Sequence record: OZ035743.1
Strand: one strand, 5' to 3'
Source: Phapecoctavirus DIJ07P1
Length of the DNA stretch: 64,000 nucleotides
Part shown: positions 1 through 9,186 of the stretch, in pieces
How the letters are laid out: each line of letters begins with the position of its first letter
Position numbering within the stretch: position 1 is the stretch's first letter
Position numbers and translations under genes: made by a program
The notes under the pieces: generated by a model
What the model was told of the DNA's origin: nothing
Databases searched by the model: none
Seen by the model: the letters and a program-made list of their open reading frames with translations, nothing else

Positions 1-29
1 GTTAAGATAAAGTTTAGGAGGATTTTATT

Positions 30-326
30 ATGCCTAAACTAAAACGTGGTCGTGGAAGACCAACAGCCGAAATGCAACAGATTTACGCAATGGATGCGGC
101 GCAAGCAAGTGTAAAAGAATTATTTGCAGAGCATTATTTAGAAGCTATGCGGTATATTGTTGAACTTGTTAATGATAAGGATGCAGCAAAACCTCTCCGC
201 TTCCAAGCAGCTAAAGCTATTAAAGAGCAAGTAGAAGAATGGTTAGAAGAACATTATGAAGCTATGGAAGAAGAAACCCCTGCCGTGCAGAATACAGATG
301 ACGTTCCTAAAAAGATCGTAATCTAA
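30..326 (+). CDS. small basic hypothetical protein (KRGRGRP AT-hook-like N-terminus)
   Basis: ORF preceded by AGGAGG at 16-21; followed by hairpin terminators; no recognisable family. Confidence 0.35.
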   Translation: MPKLKRGRGRPTAEMQQIYAMDAAQASVKELFAEHYLEAMRYIVELVNDKDAAKPLRFQAAKAIKEQVEEWLEEHYEAMEEETPAVQNTDDVPKKIVI

Positions 327-341
327 TACCTCTCCTCTCTT

Positions 342-410
342 GGGGCTTTGCCCCTCCTCCTTGTTATTTTTAACACCCCTCTCCGAAAGGTTAGGGGCTT
401 TTTTATTTTT
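342..410 (+). terminator. tandem hairpins plus T-tract (intrinsic terminator)
   Basis: GGGGC-TTT-GCCCC at 342-354, then CCCCT...AGGGG at 376-397 followed by CTTTTTTATTTTT. Confidence 0.5.
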
Positions 411-415
411 AATGC

Positions 416-445
416 TTGCAATTGTATATCCTTTTGTGATAAGAT
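416..445 (+). promoter_or_regulatory. sigma70-like promoter TTGCAA-N18-TAAGAT
   Basis: -35 at 416-421, -10 at 440-445, read directly. Confidence 0.4.
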
Positions 446-488
446 CAGATATGAGGAGGATAAAATATGCGCAATTTTGTAGTTAAAA

Positions 489-704
489 ATGATTTTAACC
501 GTTCTTCTTATCATAAAGATAAAAAGAATGATTACACACGGGCTTGGAACTTGGAGGAAGAACTTTATGATGACAGAGAAGACGTGGGAAGAGATCCTAG
601 CGGAGGCTCAACAAATGGAAGTGAAGAAGATAGTTAATAATGCCCCTTCTCTTCCTAAAATAAAATTTTATGAGGAAGTAGAAGATAATGAATCTAAAGA
701 CTAA
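489..704 (+). CDS. hypothetical small protein (start uncertain; an alternative 57-aa ORF at 467-640 has the better RBS)
   Basis: GAGGAGG at 453-459 sits 7 nt before ATG 467 in another frame; no TM segment so not a holin. Confidence 0.2.
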   Translation: MILTVLLIIKIKRMITHGLGTWRKNFMMTEKTWEEILAEAQQMEVKKIVNNAPSLPKIKFYEEVEDNESKD

Positions 705-1080
705 AACTGTATTAGGTTTTGTTTTAATTGTCGTTCTTATTCTTGCTGGAATGTTTGCTTATAACAAGATACATGAGTCTGGCTACAAAGATGGTGTTGC
801 CTATCAAACGCAATTGTATCAAGCAGCCCAAGCAAAAGCAAAACAAGATTTTGATGTTCTTCAAAAAAGAGCAGATGAAGAAAGAGCATTATTAAATACT
901 CAAATAAACAACTTGTCTAAAAACAATGCACAATTAAAAGCAGATTTAGAGAAGAAGAAACAAACGATCAATGAGGATACAACGAATTATGCAAAAACTA
1001 ATTCTGGCAGTATGTCTTGCTTTGCCCCTAATGATGACGGGTTGTTCATCATCAACAAAAGTTTCCCCAGTTCTTATTGA
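688..1080 (+). CDS. i-spanin (Rz-like): N-terminal TM helix plus coiled-coil
   Basis: hydrophobic stretch VLGFVLIVVLILAGMFA then Q/A/K-rich helical region; overlapped by a lipoprotein ORF in another frame. Confidence 0.55.
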   Translation: MNLKTKTVLGFVLIVVLILAGMFAYNKIHESGYKDGVAYQTQLYQAAQAKAKQDFDVLQKRADEERALLNTQINNLSKNNAQLKADLEKKKQTINEDTTNYAKTNSGSMSCFAPNDDGLFIINKSFPSSY

Positions 1081-1315
1081 TGAGTGTAAGGCTGTAGCCA
1101 TAGAAAAGGTTAAAGGTCCAGATTCGGATTTGATGGATAAAGTATCGACACCTGTGCCATACACTAAAAATCAAATTGCAAAAGGGGTTAGTAGATCTGA
1201 AGTTGTTAACAACCAAACTCAAAACAACGCTCTTTGGGAGCAAGATAGACGAAAGGTTTTAGGTTTACAAACATATATTAAAACACTGCAAGAAAAAGGT
1301 ATTATTGCTGAATAA
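971..1315 (+). CDS. o-spanin (Rz1-like outer-membrane lipoprotein)
   Basis: signal peptide with lipobox LMMTGC; starts inside the i-spanin gene in a different frame and extends past it. Confidence 0.55.
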   Translation: MRIQRIMQKLILAVCLALPLMMTGCSSSTKVSPVLIDECKAVAIEKVKGPDSDLMDKVSTPVPYTKNQIAKGVSRSEVVNNQTQNNALWEQDRRKVLGLQTYIKTLQEKGIIAE

Positions 1316-1324
1316 GGAGGGAAT

Positions 1325-3400
1325 GTGGCAAAGAAAAAGGCAGCAGGTAGTTTAGCTGGAGTAGATATTGAAGTAAAGGCTCAACCAGGTAAACAGACTC
1401 TTGCAATGGATTTAATGCCAGAAGTTATGATTTATGGTGGTGCCGCTGGATGTGTTTCTGCTGAAACGGAATATCTTACAAAAGATGGTTGGAAACAGAT
1501 TAGTGAATATTCGGGAGAGGATATTTACCAATACAACCCTAAGAATAAGCGTTTAGAATTGGTAACACCTTACTTTGTAGAATACGATTTAAATGGAGAT
1601 AATCTATACAGAATAACAAATGGTGTAGGATTGTTCCAAGAACTTAGTATGGAACACCGTTTTGTATTCTATAAGAAAAAGAAATCAAAGAAACATTTCG
1701 AGATTCTTGTAGGAGATCTTATTGCATTACAGCAAATAGGAAAACCCCTGCAAGGTTATGTAGAAAATCCATTCGGTAAACGTGTTCCTTTTAACATACC
1801 TGGTAAAAAGAGCACTTACTTAAAAATACACGAGGTTATTTCAACAGATGATAAGAAATATTGTTTTGAGACTCCAAGCAGCTATATTGTCTTTAGACGT
1901 GGCGATCACTGCTTCGTTACTGGGAATAGCGGCAAGTCTCGTCTGCTATTGCTGAAAGCTTTAAAATACGCCTACAAAGACCCTTTGTTTGGTGGAATAC
2001 TTTTCCGTAAGAACACCACTGCTCACCGTAAACCAGGTGGTCTGTTTACAGAAGCAAAACGTTTGTATCTTCCTTTACAACCGCACGTAAAAGAAAGTAC
2101 AATGGATATCATTTTTGAAGCCACTGGTGGTGGAACCCTCAAATTTGACCATTTGGAAAATGATAACGTAACAGCAGAAACAAACCATCAGGGTACACAG
2201 TATTCAATGGTAGGTTTTGATGAGTTAACCCACTTCACGCAATATGAAATGCTCTATCTTCTGGGACGTATGCGTTCAGAATCAGAAACAAGCTTCATGT
2301 TGTGCACATGTAACCCCGATGCAGATAGTTGGGTTTTGAATTGGGTATTACCTTATCTCGATGAGGGCGGTTATCCTAGAGAAGATATGTGTGGTAAACA
2401 AAAATATTTCATCATTGTTAACGATGAACCTGTTTTTGCTGACACACCTGAAGAACTGAAAGAAAAATATCCAGAAAACTGTTTCATGGAAAACCCTAAT
2501 ACAGGGGAGACAGTTGTTATTGAACCACAAACTTTCGTATTTATCGGTGGGACAATATTTGATAACCCAGAATTGATTAGGCTTAACCCTAATTATTTAG
2601 CACAGCTTAAATCACAAACAGCAATCAAAAGAGCACAACTCTTGGACGGCTGTTGGTTTGCACGTATACAGAAAGAGTCTTTCTTCCAACGTGAATGGTT
2701 GCATAAGATATCTTATAAAGATGTTCCTAATAATCTTAAACTAATGCGAGCATGGGATAAAGCTGTTTCAGTTCCTACAGAAACTTATCGTTATCCAGAC
2801 TATACAACATCTGTCAAAATGGGTAAAGACCAAGATGGTAATATCTACATCTTTGGTGACTATGATTATGATGCTGTGGATGAGAAAAGTAAAATTTTCG
2901 GAAGGTTTCGAAGATTACCTGGGGAAAGGGATAACCTGATTCTAAATCAATGTAAGATTGATGGACCAGAAGTTACAGTAGTTCTTCCTAAAGACCCATC
3001 TGGTGCTGGGACAATAGAATATACAGAGTCTGCAAAGAAACTTATTCTAGAGGGTTTTGTTGTTAAACCAGATGCTATGCCAGGCAACAAGAAAAAGCTT
3101 CAGCGTTTTATGCCTTTTAGTAGTGCGTGTCAAAACGGTTTTGTTTATATTGTTGAAGATTCTTTCCCTAATGTGGAAACTTTAACCCACTTTTATAAAG
3201 AATTGGAATCTTTCAATGGTGAAAGATCTACAGCCACTATTAAAGATGACATTCCCGATGCTGCTGCTTCTTGTTTCAATACTCTGTCAAAAGAGAATAC
3301 TTTCAAAGCAGTAGCTATCCCTGCAACAACAAATGCTCCTACAGGATACAGTAGAATGAACAGCGGATTTCACCAACCGTATAGTGTCCGTAAAAGATAA
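1325..3400 (+). CDS. terL: terminase large subunit, intein-containing
   Basis: GTG start after AAGGAGG; split P-loop GGAAG/SGKS, Walker B VGFDELTHF, LCTCNPD motif, C-terminal nuclease-sized region. Confidence 0.85.
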   Translation: MAKKKAAGSLAGVDIEVKAQPGKQTLAMDLMPEVMIYGGAAGCVSAETEYLTKDGWKQISEYSGEDIYQYNPKNKRLELVTPYFVEYDLNGDNLYRITNGVGLFQELSMEHRFVFYKKKKSKKHFEILVGDLIALQQIGKPLQGYVENPFGKRVPFNIPGKKSTYLKIHEVISTDDKKYCFETPSSYIVFRRGDHCFVTGNSGKSRLLLLKALKYAYKDPLFGGILFRKNTTAHRKPGGLFTEAKRLYLPLQPHVKESTMDIIFEATGGGTLKFDHLENDNVTAETNHQGTQYSMVGFDELTHFTQYEMLYLLGRMRSESETSFMLCTCNPDADSWVLNWVLPYLDEGGYPREDMCGKQKYFIIVNDEPVFADTPEELKEKYPENCFMENPNTGETVVIEPQTFVFIGGTIFDNPELIRLNPNYLAQLKSQTAIKRAQLLDGCWFARIQKESFFQREWLHKISYKDVPNNLKLMRAWDKAVSVPTETYRYPDYTTSVKMGKDQDGNIYIFGDYDYDAVDEKSKIFGRFRRLPGERDNLILNQCKIDGPEVTVVLPKDPSGAGTIEYTESAKKLILEGFVVKPDAMPGNKKKLQRFMPFSSACQNGFVYIVEDSFPNVETLTHFYKELESFNGERSTATIKDDIPDAAASCFNTLSKENTFKAVAIPATTNAPTGYSRMNSGFHQPYSVRKR
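1451..1927 (+). other. mini-intein (159 aa) inside the terminase Walker A motif
   Basis: starts Cys43 with block-A-like CVSAETEYLTKDGWKQI, SMEH block-B-like, ends ...FVTGN followed by Ser; excision restores GGAAGSGKS. Confidence 0.7.
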
Positions 3401-3403
3401 TTG

Positions 3404-3432
3404 TTGACAAAAGTCACTTTAAAGTGTATTAT
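3404..3432 (+). promoter_or_regulatory. sigma70-like promoter TTGACA-N17-TATTAT
   Basis: -35 at 3404-3409, -10 at 3427-3432, upstream of portal gene. Confidence 0.5.
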
Positions 3433-3501
3433 AACTAGATAGGTGAGGTTGTATATAATACAGCCTTGCCTTAACGATTTTATACCTGACTGGAGGAACA
3501 A

Positions 3502-5067
3502 GTGTCAACAGGAAAAAGAACGTACACTAAAAAGTCAGAATACTGGGACAAAGGTGCTGCAAATAAAGCTGCTCTCTCTCCAACAAAAGAGGCAGAGAAA
3601 GAGAAAACGTTACTCCTGTCACCTGAAATAGGAACGATCGGATTAAACTCAATCAAAGCATTTACGAATTTCATGCAACCTTATGAGACTCGTTTCCCAG
3701 AATGTATTCGCACTTTTAAAGAGATGGGTGAAGACCCTGATGTAGCTACTGCTCTTGACGCTACATATATCTTTGTAGATAGAGCATTCTTTGATTTCAA
3801 GATAAAATACAATGTAAACTCGGCAAAGTCAAGAAAAGCTGCTAAGTTTATTGATTACATGTTACGCAATATGCAAGCCCCTCTACGTCAATATGTTAGA
3901 TCACTTTTGACATATAAGCAATATGGTTTTGCATTCGCAGAGAAAGTTTATGAGTTGGATGAAGATCCTAAAAGTCCTTACTTTGGGTATTGGCGATTGA
4001 CCAAACTGGCTTTTAGACCACAAGACACTCTTCACATGGCTCAACCTTTTACATATTCGGCAGACGGACGTTCTATTCTATCTGTTAACCAGAATATCAC
4101 CAATACAATGTTAGCTCCAGGTAATACAACTTTAGAAACTGGTATTAAAGAAATTCCTTTCAGTAAAGTTTTATTTGTTGGTAGTAACATTACAGAGAAT
4201 AACCCACTAGGAGTTAGTCCGCTTTTAGCTGTATATCGTAGCTGGCGTGAAAAATCTCTTATTCAGGAATTTGAGGTTATTGGGGTATCTAAAGATTTAG
4301 GCGGTATGCCAGTTCTTAAGGTTCCAAGTGACATTCTAAACAGGGCATCTTTAGATCCTGCTGGGGATGAAGCACAATCTCTTCGAGTTCTCCAAGCCAA
4401 CATCGCTAACCTGCACTCTGGTGAGCAAGCCTACATGGTATTGCCTTCAGACGTTTATGAAGGCACAGTGATGCGTCAATACGATCTTGTATTCCAAGGT
4501 GTTGATGGCACGGGTAAACAGTTTGACACTCAAGCACTAATCAAACAACGCAAGCTAGATATTTATAACCGCTTTGGTGCGGGTGTGTTGATTATGGGTG
4601 ATGGTGATGCAGGAAGTTTTGCGCTTTCTGACAACAAACAAACACTATTGTCTCATTTTATTGAGCGAGATGTAGATATTGTTGTAGAAGCTATAAACTC
4701 TCAACTGATCCCTCAAACACTACGACTAAACAATATCTTCCTTTCTGATGAAGATATGCCTAAGTTTGTCAGTGGTGAAATGGGTGATCCTGATATTGAA
4801 GTAAATGCTAAAGCTATTCAGCAGTTGGTAGCCTCTGGTGCAATACCTTTAACCCCAGAAGTTATTAACGAGTTCCTTGAAAAAATTGGTTTTGAATATC
4901 GTATCCCTGACGATATTGTTGCCAATAAAGAGAAATTCTTTGAATTCATGGATAACTATATGCCTGACAAAACTTCACGATCAGGAGATGGTTTAGCTAC
5001 AGCGGGAACTGGAACGTCTGATACTGTTTCTGCTTTAGATCCTTCAGCACAAAACCTGTCGAATTAA
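3502..5067 (+). CDS. portal protein
   Basis: 521 aa, directly downstream of terminase; GTG start after GGAGG; size and position typical. Confidence 0.55.
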   Translation: MSTGKRTYTKKSEYWDKGAANKAALSPTKEAEKEKTLLLSPEIGTIGLNSIKAFTNFMQPYETRFPECIRTFKEMGEDPDVATALDATYIFVDRAFFDFKIKYNVNSAKSRKAAKFIDYMLRNMQAPLRQYVRSLLTYKQYGFAFAEKVYELDEDPKSPYFGYWRLTKLAFRPQDTLHMAQPFTYSADGRSILSVNQNITNTMLAPGNTTLETGIKEIPFSKVLFVGSNITENNPLGVSPLLAVYRSWREKSLIQEFEVIGVSKDLGGMPVLKVPSDILNRASLDPAGDEAQSLRVLQANIANLHSGEQAYMVLPSDVYEGTVMRQYDLVFQGVDGTGKQFDTQALIKQRKLDIYNRFGAGVLIMGDGDAGSFALSDNKQTLLSHFIERDVDIVVEAINSQLIPQTLRLNNIFLSDEDMPKFVSGEMGDPDIEVNAKAIQQLVASGAIPLTPEVINEFLEKIGFEYRIPDDIVANKEKFFEFMDNYMPDKTSRSGDGLATAGTGTSDTVSALDPSAQNLSN

Positions 5068-5095
5068 AAATATTTAATATTTTTTAATTTTTCTA

Positions 5096-5124
5096 TTGAC
5101 AAAACAACAAATATCCTGTAGACT
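5096..5124 (+). promoter_or_regulatory. sigma70-like promoter TTGACA-N17-TAGACT
   Basis: -35 at 5096-5101, -10 at 5119-5124. Confidence 0.45.
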
Positions 5125-5160
5125 AAGATTTATGGGATATCTGTTTTTAAGAGGTTTCAA

Positions 5161-5640
5161 ATGGAACTCAATAAAGATACACTGTGGGAACTCTTCAAAA
5201 CCTTCGCTGGTTTTAAAGAGAATTCTGAATCCCAACAAGATTCTATACCATCTCAAAAACCTGAAACTCTAGTCAAACAAAATAAATTTGATGAAGAAAA
5301 GATGCAGGTTATTGAGGTCTTGTATTGTCCACCTGAAGAAGACGATCTCCACGGAGAGCGCATGTCTGATTTGGAAATCAGGAAGATGGTTGACAACTTC
5401 AATGAGAATATTACCAACATTAGTGGTAATCTTGGTCACATGAAGAACACCGATAAGTTTTCTCCAATTAAAGCTTGGGTAAATGAAGTCGATTGTTACA
5501 TTGGTGACGAACTCGTTGTGGAAGGAACTCCCCTCGTTAAAATCCAATTCAACGACCCTGAATTATATCAAGCTCGTAAAGACGGCGTTCTTAAAGGTTT
5601 GAGTATAGGCGCAATGGGCGTTAAAGTCAAGAAGGACTAA
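5161..5640 (+). CDS. head morphogenesis protein, function unknown
   Basis: position between portal and scaffold only. Confidence 0.3.
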   Translation: MELNKDTLWELFKTFAGFKENSESQQDSIPSQKPETLVKQNKFDEEKMQVIEVLYCPPEEDDLHGERMSDLEIRKMVDNFNENITNISGNLGHMKNTDKFSPIKAWVNEVDCYIGDELVVEGTPLVKIQFNDPELYQARKDGVLKGLSIGAMGVKVKKD

Positions 5641-5642
5641 TC

Positions 5643-6758
5643 GTGGCAAATACATATTTAACTAACGTAGACTTTTCTGGAAAAGCTACGGAAGAGTCAC
5701 TAGGTGCTCATATTGCTTACACTTTTGATTTTCAAGGTGGAGCGGCATCTGGTTACAATACCCCCCTTTTATTTAAGTCAGACGGATCTCCAGACATAAC
5801 TTTTGAAAAGTTAGAAGCTCTCACTAAAATGGGAGAAGATGTTACAGAGTTACGTAAAAGCTATATTCAACAAGTGATGGATCGCATTTCTGAAAAAGTG
5901 CGTGAAAAATTTGAAGCTGGTTGGGATTGGGTTTACGTTATTGATGCTGACTTCGATGCGAACGTTGCAATTTTCTGTTCAGATAACGGTATGTTCTCTG
6001 TTGGCTTTAAAGTTGACGGACTGAATGTTGAAGTTGAAGAGGTTGCTAAACCTGTTGTTCGTGTTACTGATTATCAAGTTGTTGATGGTGATGTAATGAT
6101 CTCCATTGATTTCTTTGAGGACGTTTTAGACGATGCTTTGAGTAATCTCGTTAAGAGTTCCTTGAAACAAAGTCAAGTTAAAGATTATTTAGTGAAAGCT
6201 CACGCTAAAGCTAATACAAACTCTGTGGATGCAGAGGCTAACCCCGCAGGTGATAAATCTGCAAACACAACTGGAATCAATAAAGGAGAAACCCCTTTGG
6301 AAAATATCAACAAAGAAGAATTCCTGAAATCTGCTGAATTCCAAGAACTGATGAAAGCACAGATCGCTGAAGCTGTAGAAAAAGCAGCCGCAGATGCACG
6401 TGCAGCCGCAGAACTTGAAGCACAGGAAAAAATCGCTAAGGCAGAACAGGAAGCAGAAGAACTTCGTAAAGCTGAACAAGCTCGTATCGAAGAAGAATAT
6501 ACAACTGTTGTTAAATCCTATTCTTTCGTAGAAGAAGACAAAGTTGAAGCTCTCGTTAAATATCTGGTAGACAATAAAGATATCGCTGAAACTATCGTCA
6601 AAGCATTCGAAAAAGCACGTGCAGAAGTGGACGCAGTTAAGAAAGAATTTGGAGCAGAACGTGGTGTTGATGTGATCAATACTCAACCTGTAGCTAAATC
6701 TTCTTCTGAACTGATTAGTCAGAAAGCTGCTGAACTTAAAAAAGCCCAGAAACAATAA
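5643..6758 (+). CDS. scaffolding protein
   Basis: C-terminal half is A/E/K-rich helical (AEAVEKAAADARAAAELEAQEKIAKAEQEAEELRKAEQ); sits before capsid gene. Confidence 0.5.
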   Translation: MANTYLTNVDFSGKATEESLGAHIAYTFDFQGGAASGYNTPLLFKSDGSPDITFEKLEALTKMGEDVTELRKSYIQQVMDRISEKVREKFEAGWDWVYVIDADFDANVAIFCSDNGMFSVGFKVDGLNVEVEEVAKPVVRVTDYQVVDGDVMISIDFFEDVLDDALSNLVKSSLKQSQVKDYLVKAHAKANTNSVDAEANPAGDKSANTTGINKGETPLENINKEEFLKSAEFQELMKAQIAEAVEKAAADARAAAELEAQEKIAKAEQEAEELRKAEQARIEEEYTTVVKSYSFVEEDKVEALVKYLVDNKDIAETIVKAFEKARAEVDAVKKEFGAERGVDVINTQPVAKSSSELISQKAAELKKAQKQ

Positions 6759-6777
6759 TCTTAGGAGATTAAATTAA

Positions 6778-7176
6778 ATGGCTAAAGGAATTACTTTATC
6801 TAACTCTCGCCAGGAATTCGGACACCTGGTTCTGGGTGGAGTGTTTAGCTCTGACCTTGGACACTGTGTACGTGAAGTTAACCTGGTTAAAACAGCAACC
6901 ATGAAAATTGGTTCTATCCTGAAAGCTGACAACACTGAAGCTGCTAAAGCTGAAGCTGCCGATGCTGCTAAAGTTCTGATTTGGACTGATGCTCTGTTCG
7001 GTATTGATGATGTAGCAGTAGGTGACACTTTCACCGCAGTTGTTGGCGTACGTGATCTTACTCTGAACCGCTTTGCAGTATACTACAAAGATGGCTCCCT
7101 GGTAGATGACGCTGGCGTAGCAGCACTGGAAACACATGATCTGAAACTGACCGAAAAAGTCGTTTTCACTTCTTAA
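6778..7176 (+). CDS. small capsid-associated protein (possible decoration protein)
   Basis: between scaffold and major capsid genes; host-like high-expression codon usage. Confidence 0.3.
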   Translation: MAKGITLSNSRQEFGHLVLGGVFSSDLGHCVREVNLVKTATMKIGSILKADNTEAAKAEAADAAKVLIWTDALFGIDDVAVGDTFTAVVGVRDLTLNRFAVYYKDGSLVDDAGVAALETHDLKLTEKVVFTS

Positions 7177-7197
7177 TTTTAATAGGAGATTAATATA

Positions 7198-8199
7198 ATG
7201 CCAGCAGTAATTTTAGATCAGGTTGTAGATTTCAGCCCTATGATCGAACTTCAGGATTCCCCTGATACACTGATTGCCAGCCTGAATCTGTTCAGTGTTG
7301 ACTATCATTCAACTACCGCTATTGAAATCGGTAAAGAAAAAGCTGAAGATGCTCTGATCTCCGCTCGTGAGCGTGGTGGTGAGCGTAACTTCCTGACCAT
7401 GAAAAATCCAGAACTGAAAGCGTTCCGCATTCCGTTCTTCCCTCTGGATAAAAACATCAAAGCTCAAGATATTCAATCTTTCCGTAGCTTTGCAATGGCA
7501 GGAATCAATGACTCTCTGCGCACAGACGCTGAAGTTGTTAACCGTTATATGTCCCAGATTCTGCGTGACGTAGCAAAAACCAAAGAGAAAATCTTTGCAG
7601 AAGCAGTTATGGGTCGTGCCTATAACGGCGTAGGTGGTGCAGCTAACTCTGCATACAACTGGTATACCGAGTGGAATGCTACCCAGAAATCTGTTGCTGT
7701 AGACTTTGCTTCTACCACTGTTTCTCCAGCAGCCACTATCGAACAAGAAGCTCGTGCTTACATCATCGATACTAAACAAGATGGCTCTACCGCTACCCGT
7801 ATCGTAGCTCTGTGTTCTCGTGAATTTTTCGCATCTCTGGTTAACTCTCCATTTGTTCGCCAGGCGTATCAGTATTTCCAGGGAACTCCTAACCTTCTGC
7901 GTGACCGCCTTAGCGGTAACATGGATGTTCAGGTGTTCGAATGGAACGGTGTAACTTACATTGAAGATATCCACGGTAACATCCCTGCTGGTGAAGCATA
8001 TGTTCTGCCTATGGGTATCGAAGGTATGTTCCAGGCGCACTACGCTCCTGCGGATACTCCAGAACTGGCTAACACCCAGGCTCGTGAACTGTATACCTTC
8101 ATGATCAGCCAGCACCGCACTATTCAGCTTCAGTCTGAATTCTCGCTGCTCGCAGTTAACACCCGTCCAGAACTGGTAGTTAAACTGACTACGGCTTAA
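7198..8199 (+). CDS. major capsid protein
   Basis: 333 aa, position after scaffold, strong CTG/CGT/GAA codon bias, terminator immediately downstream. Confidence 0.6.
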   Translation: MPAVILDQVVDFSPMIELQDSPDTLIASLNLFSVDYHSTTAIEIGKEKAEDALISARERGGERNFLTMKNPELKAFRIPFFPLDKNIKAQDIQSFRSFAMAGINDSLRTDAEVVNRYMSQILRDVAKTKEKIFAEAVMGRAYNGVGGAANSAYNWYTEWNATQKSVAVDFASTTVSPAATIEQEARAYIIDTKQDGSTATRIVALCSREFFASLVNSPFVRQAYQYFQGTPNLLRDRLSGNMDVQVFEWNGVTYIEDIHGNIPAGEAYVLPMGIEGMFQAHYAPADTPELANTQARELYTFMISQHRTIQLQSEFSLLAVNTRPELVVKLTTA

Positions 8200-8220
8200 T
8201 AGAACTCTGTTAAGATTAGA

Positions 8221-8253
8221 GGCTCGTCCGTGATGGGCGAGCCTTTTCTGTTT
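8221..8253 (+). terminator. intrinsic terminator after capsid gene
   Basis: GGCTCG...CGAGCC hairpin at 8221-8243 followed by TTTTCTGTTT. Confidence 0.65.
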
Positions 8254-8283
8254 ACAATAAGAGTTTACAACGAGGAGATTGAT

Positions 8284-8628
8284 ATGTCAAACCCAGAATT
8301 GAAACGTTACTTTAGTTATCACGAAATGATTCGTGATTTCGAATCGCTTTCACCACTGATCGATGCTGATAAAACATTAGTATCTGCGCCACCAATGTCT
8401 TTCTATCTGAAAGATGGTCGTATTGCATTAGGTGGAAACTTCATTCACTTCCTCACGCGTTTGAGAGAAGAAACAGGTATTCTTGTGCATCCTTTTGCAA
8501 GTGAAGAACACATGGGTTACTATCTTGTAAGTTACGAAGACTATGCACCTGTAAAAATCAAAGAAGAAGTTTTAAAAGTAGAAGCGGTAGACACTCCAGC
8601 TAAAAAACGTTCCCTTCGTAAAAAATAA
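8284..8628 (+). CDS. hypothetical head/connector protein
   Basis: likely start at internal ATG 8284 after GAGGAG, downstream of the terminator. Confidence 0.3.
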   Translation: MSNPELKRYFSYHEMIRDFESLSPLIDADKTLVSAPPMSFYLKDGRIALGGNFIHFLTRLREETGILVHPFASEEHMGYYLVSYEDYAPVKIKEEVLKVEAVDTPAKKRSLRKK

Positions 8629-8637
8629 GGTGGGCTT

Positions 8638-9186
8638 ATGCTGAATGCGGTAGAGTTGGCACCACTGATCCGAATTCTTGTTTATAACCCTTCTCAAGAA
8701 GTATTGCCAGATGCAATGCTGATTCAGATCATCCAAACTTGGATTGATATTATAGGGAATGAAGATAAGGATAAGTGTGCAGTATTGTGGAACAGCTTGA
8801 TTTCTGTTTTAGAGTATTTATGGAACAACGATGTTCTTAATAACAATACTCAAACAGGAGGAGCTATGTCCCGCAGAGAAAAGATGGGTGAAGTCGAAGT
8901 TGAAGTTAAATTTAACAACGGTCAAGTAACTTATAAGTCTCCGTGGGAAGATATCTATCATAATTATTTAAATGGTCTTATGGTCATTCCTGGGTGCACG
9001 GCAGGACGGGGAGCAACCAGTAAAGTTCTTATTGGTGGTGTTGATGCTCGTGAGATTGATCGAGTAAACAGTGATCCTAACTCTGTAAATGGTCTTGGTA
9101 ATGTTGCAAGTGTTGATCGTAATACCCGCAACGTTAATTATTTGCGAAATTACGGACCTGTTTCTTTTTATCGTAGGGACAAATAA
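8638..9186 (+). CDS. hypothetical head completion / adaptor protein
   Basis: position in head-tail joining block. Confidence 0.3.
   Translation: MLNAVELAPLIRILVYNPSQEVLPDAMLIQIIQTWIDIIGNEDKDKCAVLWNSLISVLEYLWNNDVLNNNTQTGGAMSRREKMGEVEVEVKFNNGQVTYKSPWEDIYHNYLNGLMVIPGCTAGRGATSKVLIGGVDAREIDRVNSDPNSVNGLGNVASVDRNTRNVNYLRNYGPVSFYRRDK

Noticed and set aside
489-704. Holin upstream of the spanins
   Set aside because: Translation has no hydrophobic transmembrane segment; start codon assignment is also uncertain.
1451-1927. Homing endonuclease within the intein
   Set aside because: Insert is only 159 aa with no LAGLIDADG- or HNH-like block visible; consistent with a mini-intein.
6189-6755. 188-aa minus-strand ORF rich in Phe/Cys/Ser
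   Set aside because: Lies antisense inside the scaffold gene; low-complexity composition typical of a shadow frame.
7309-8115. 268-aa minus-strand ORF
   Set aside because: Antisense to the major capsid gene, which has strong codon bias and a terminator; shadow ORF.
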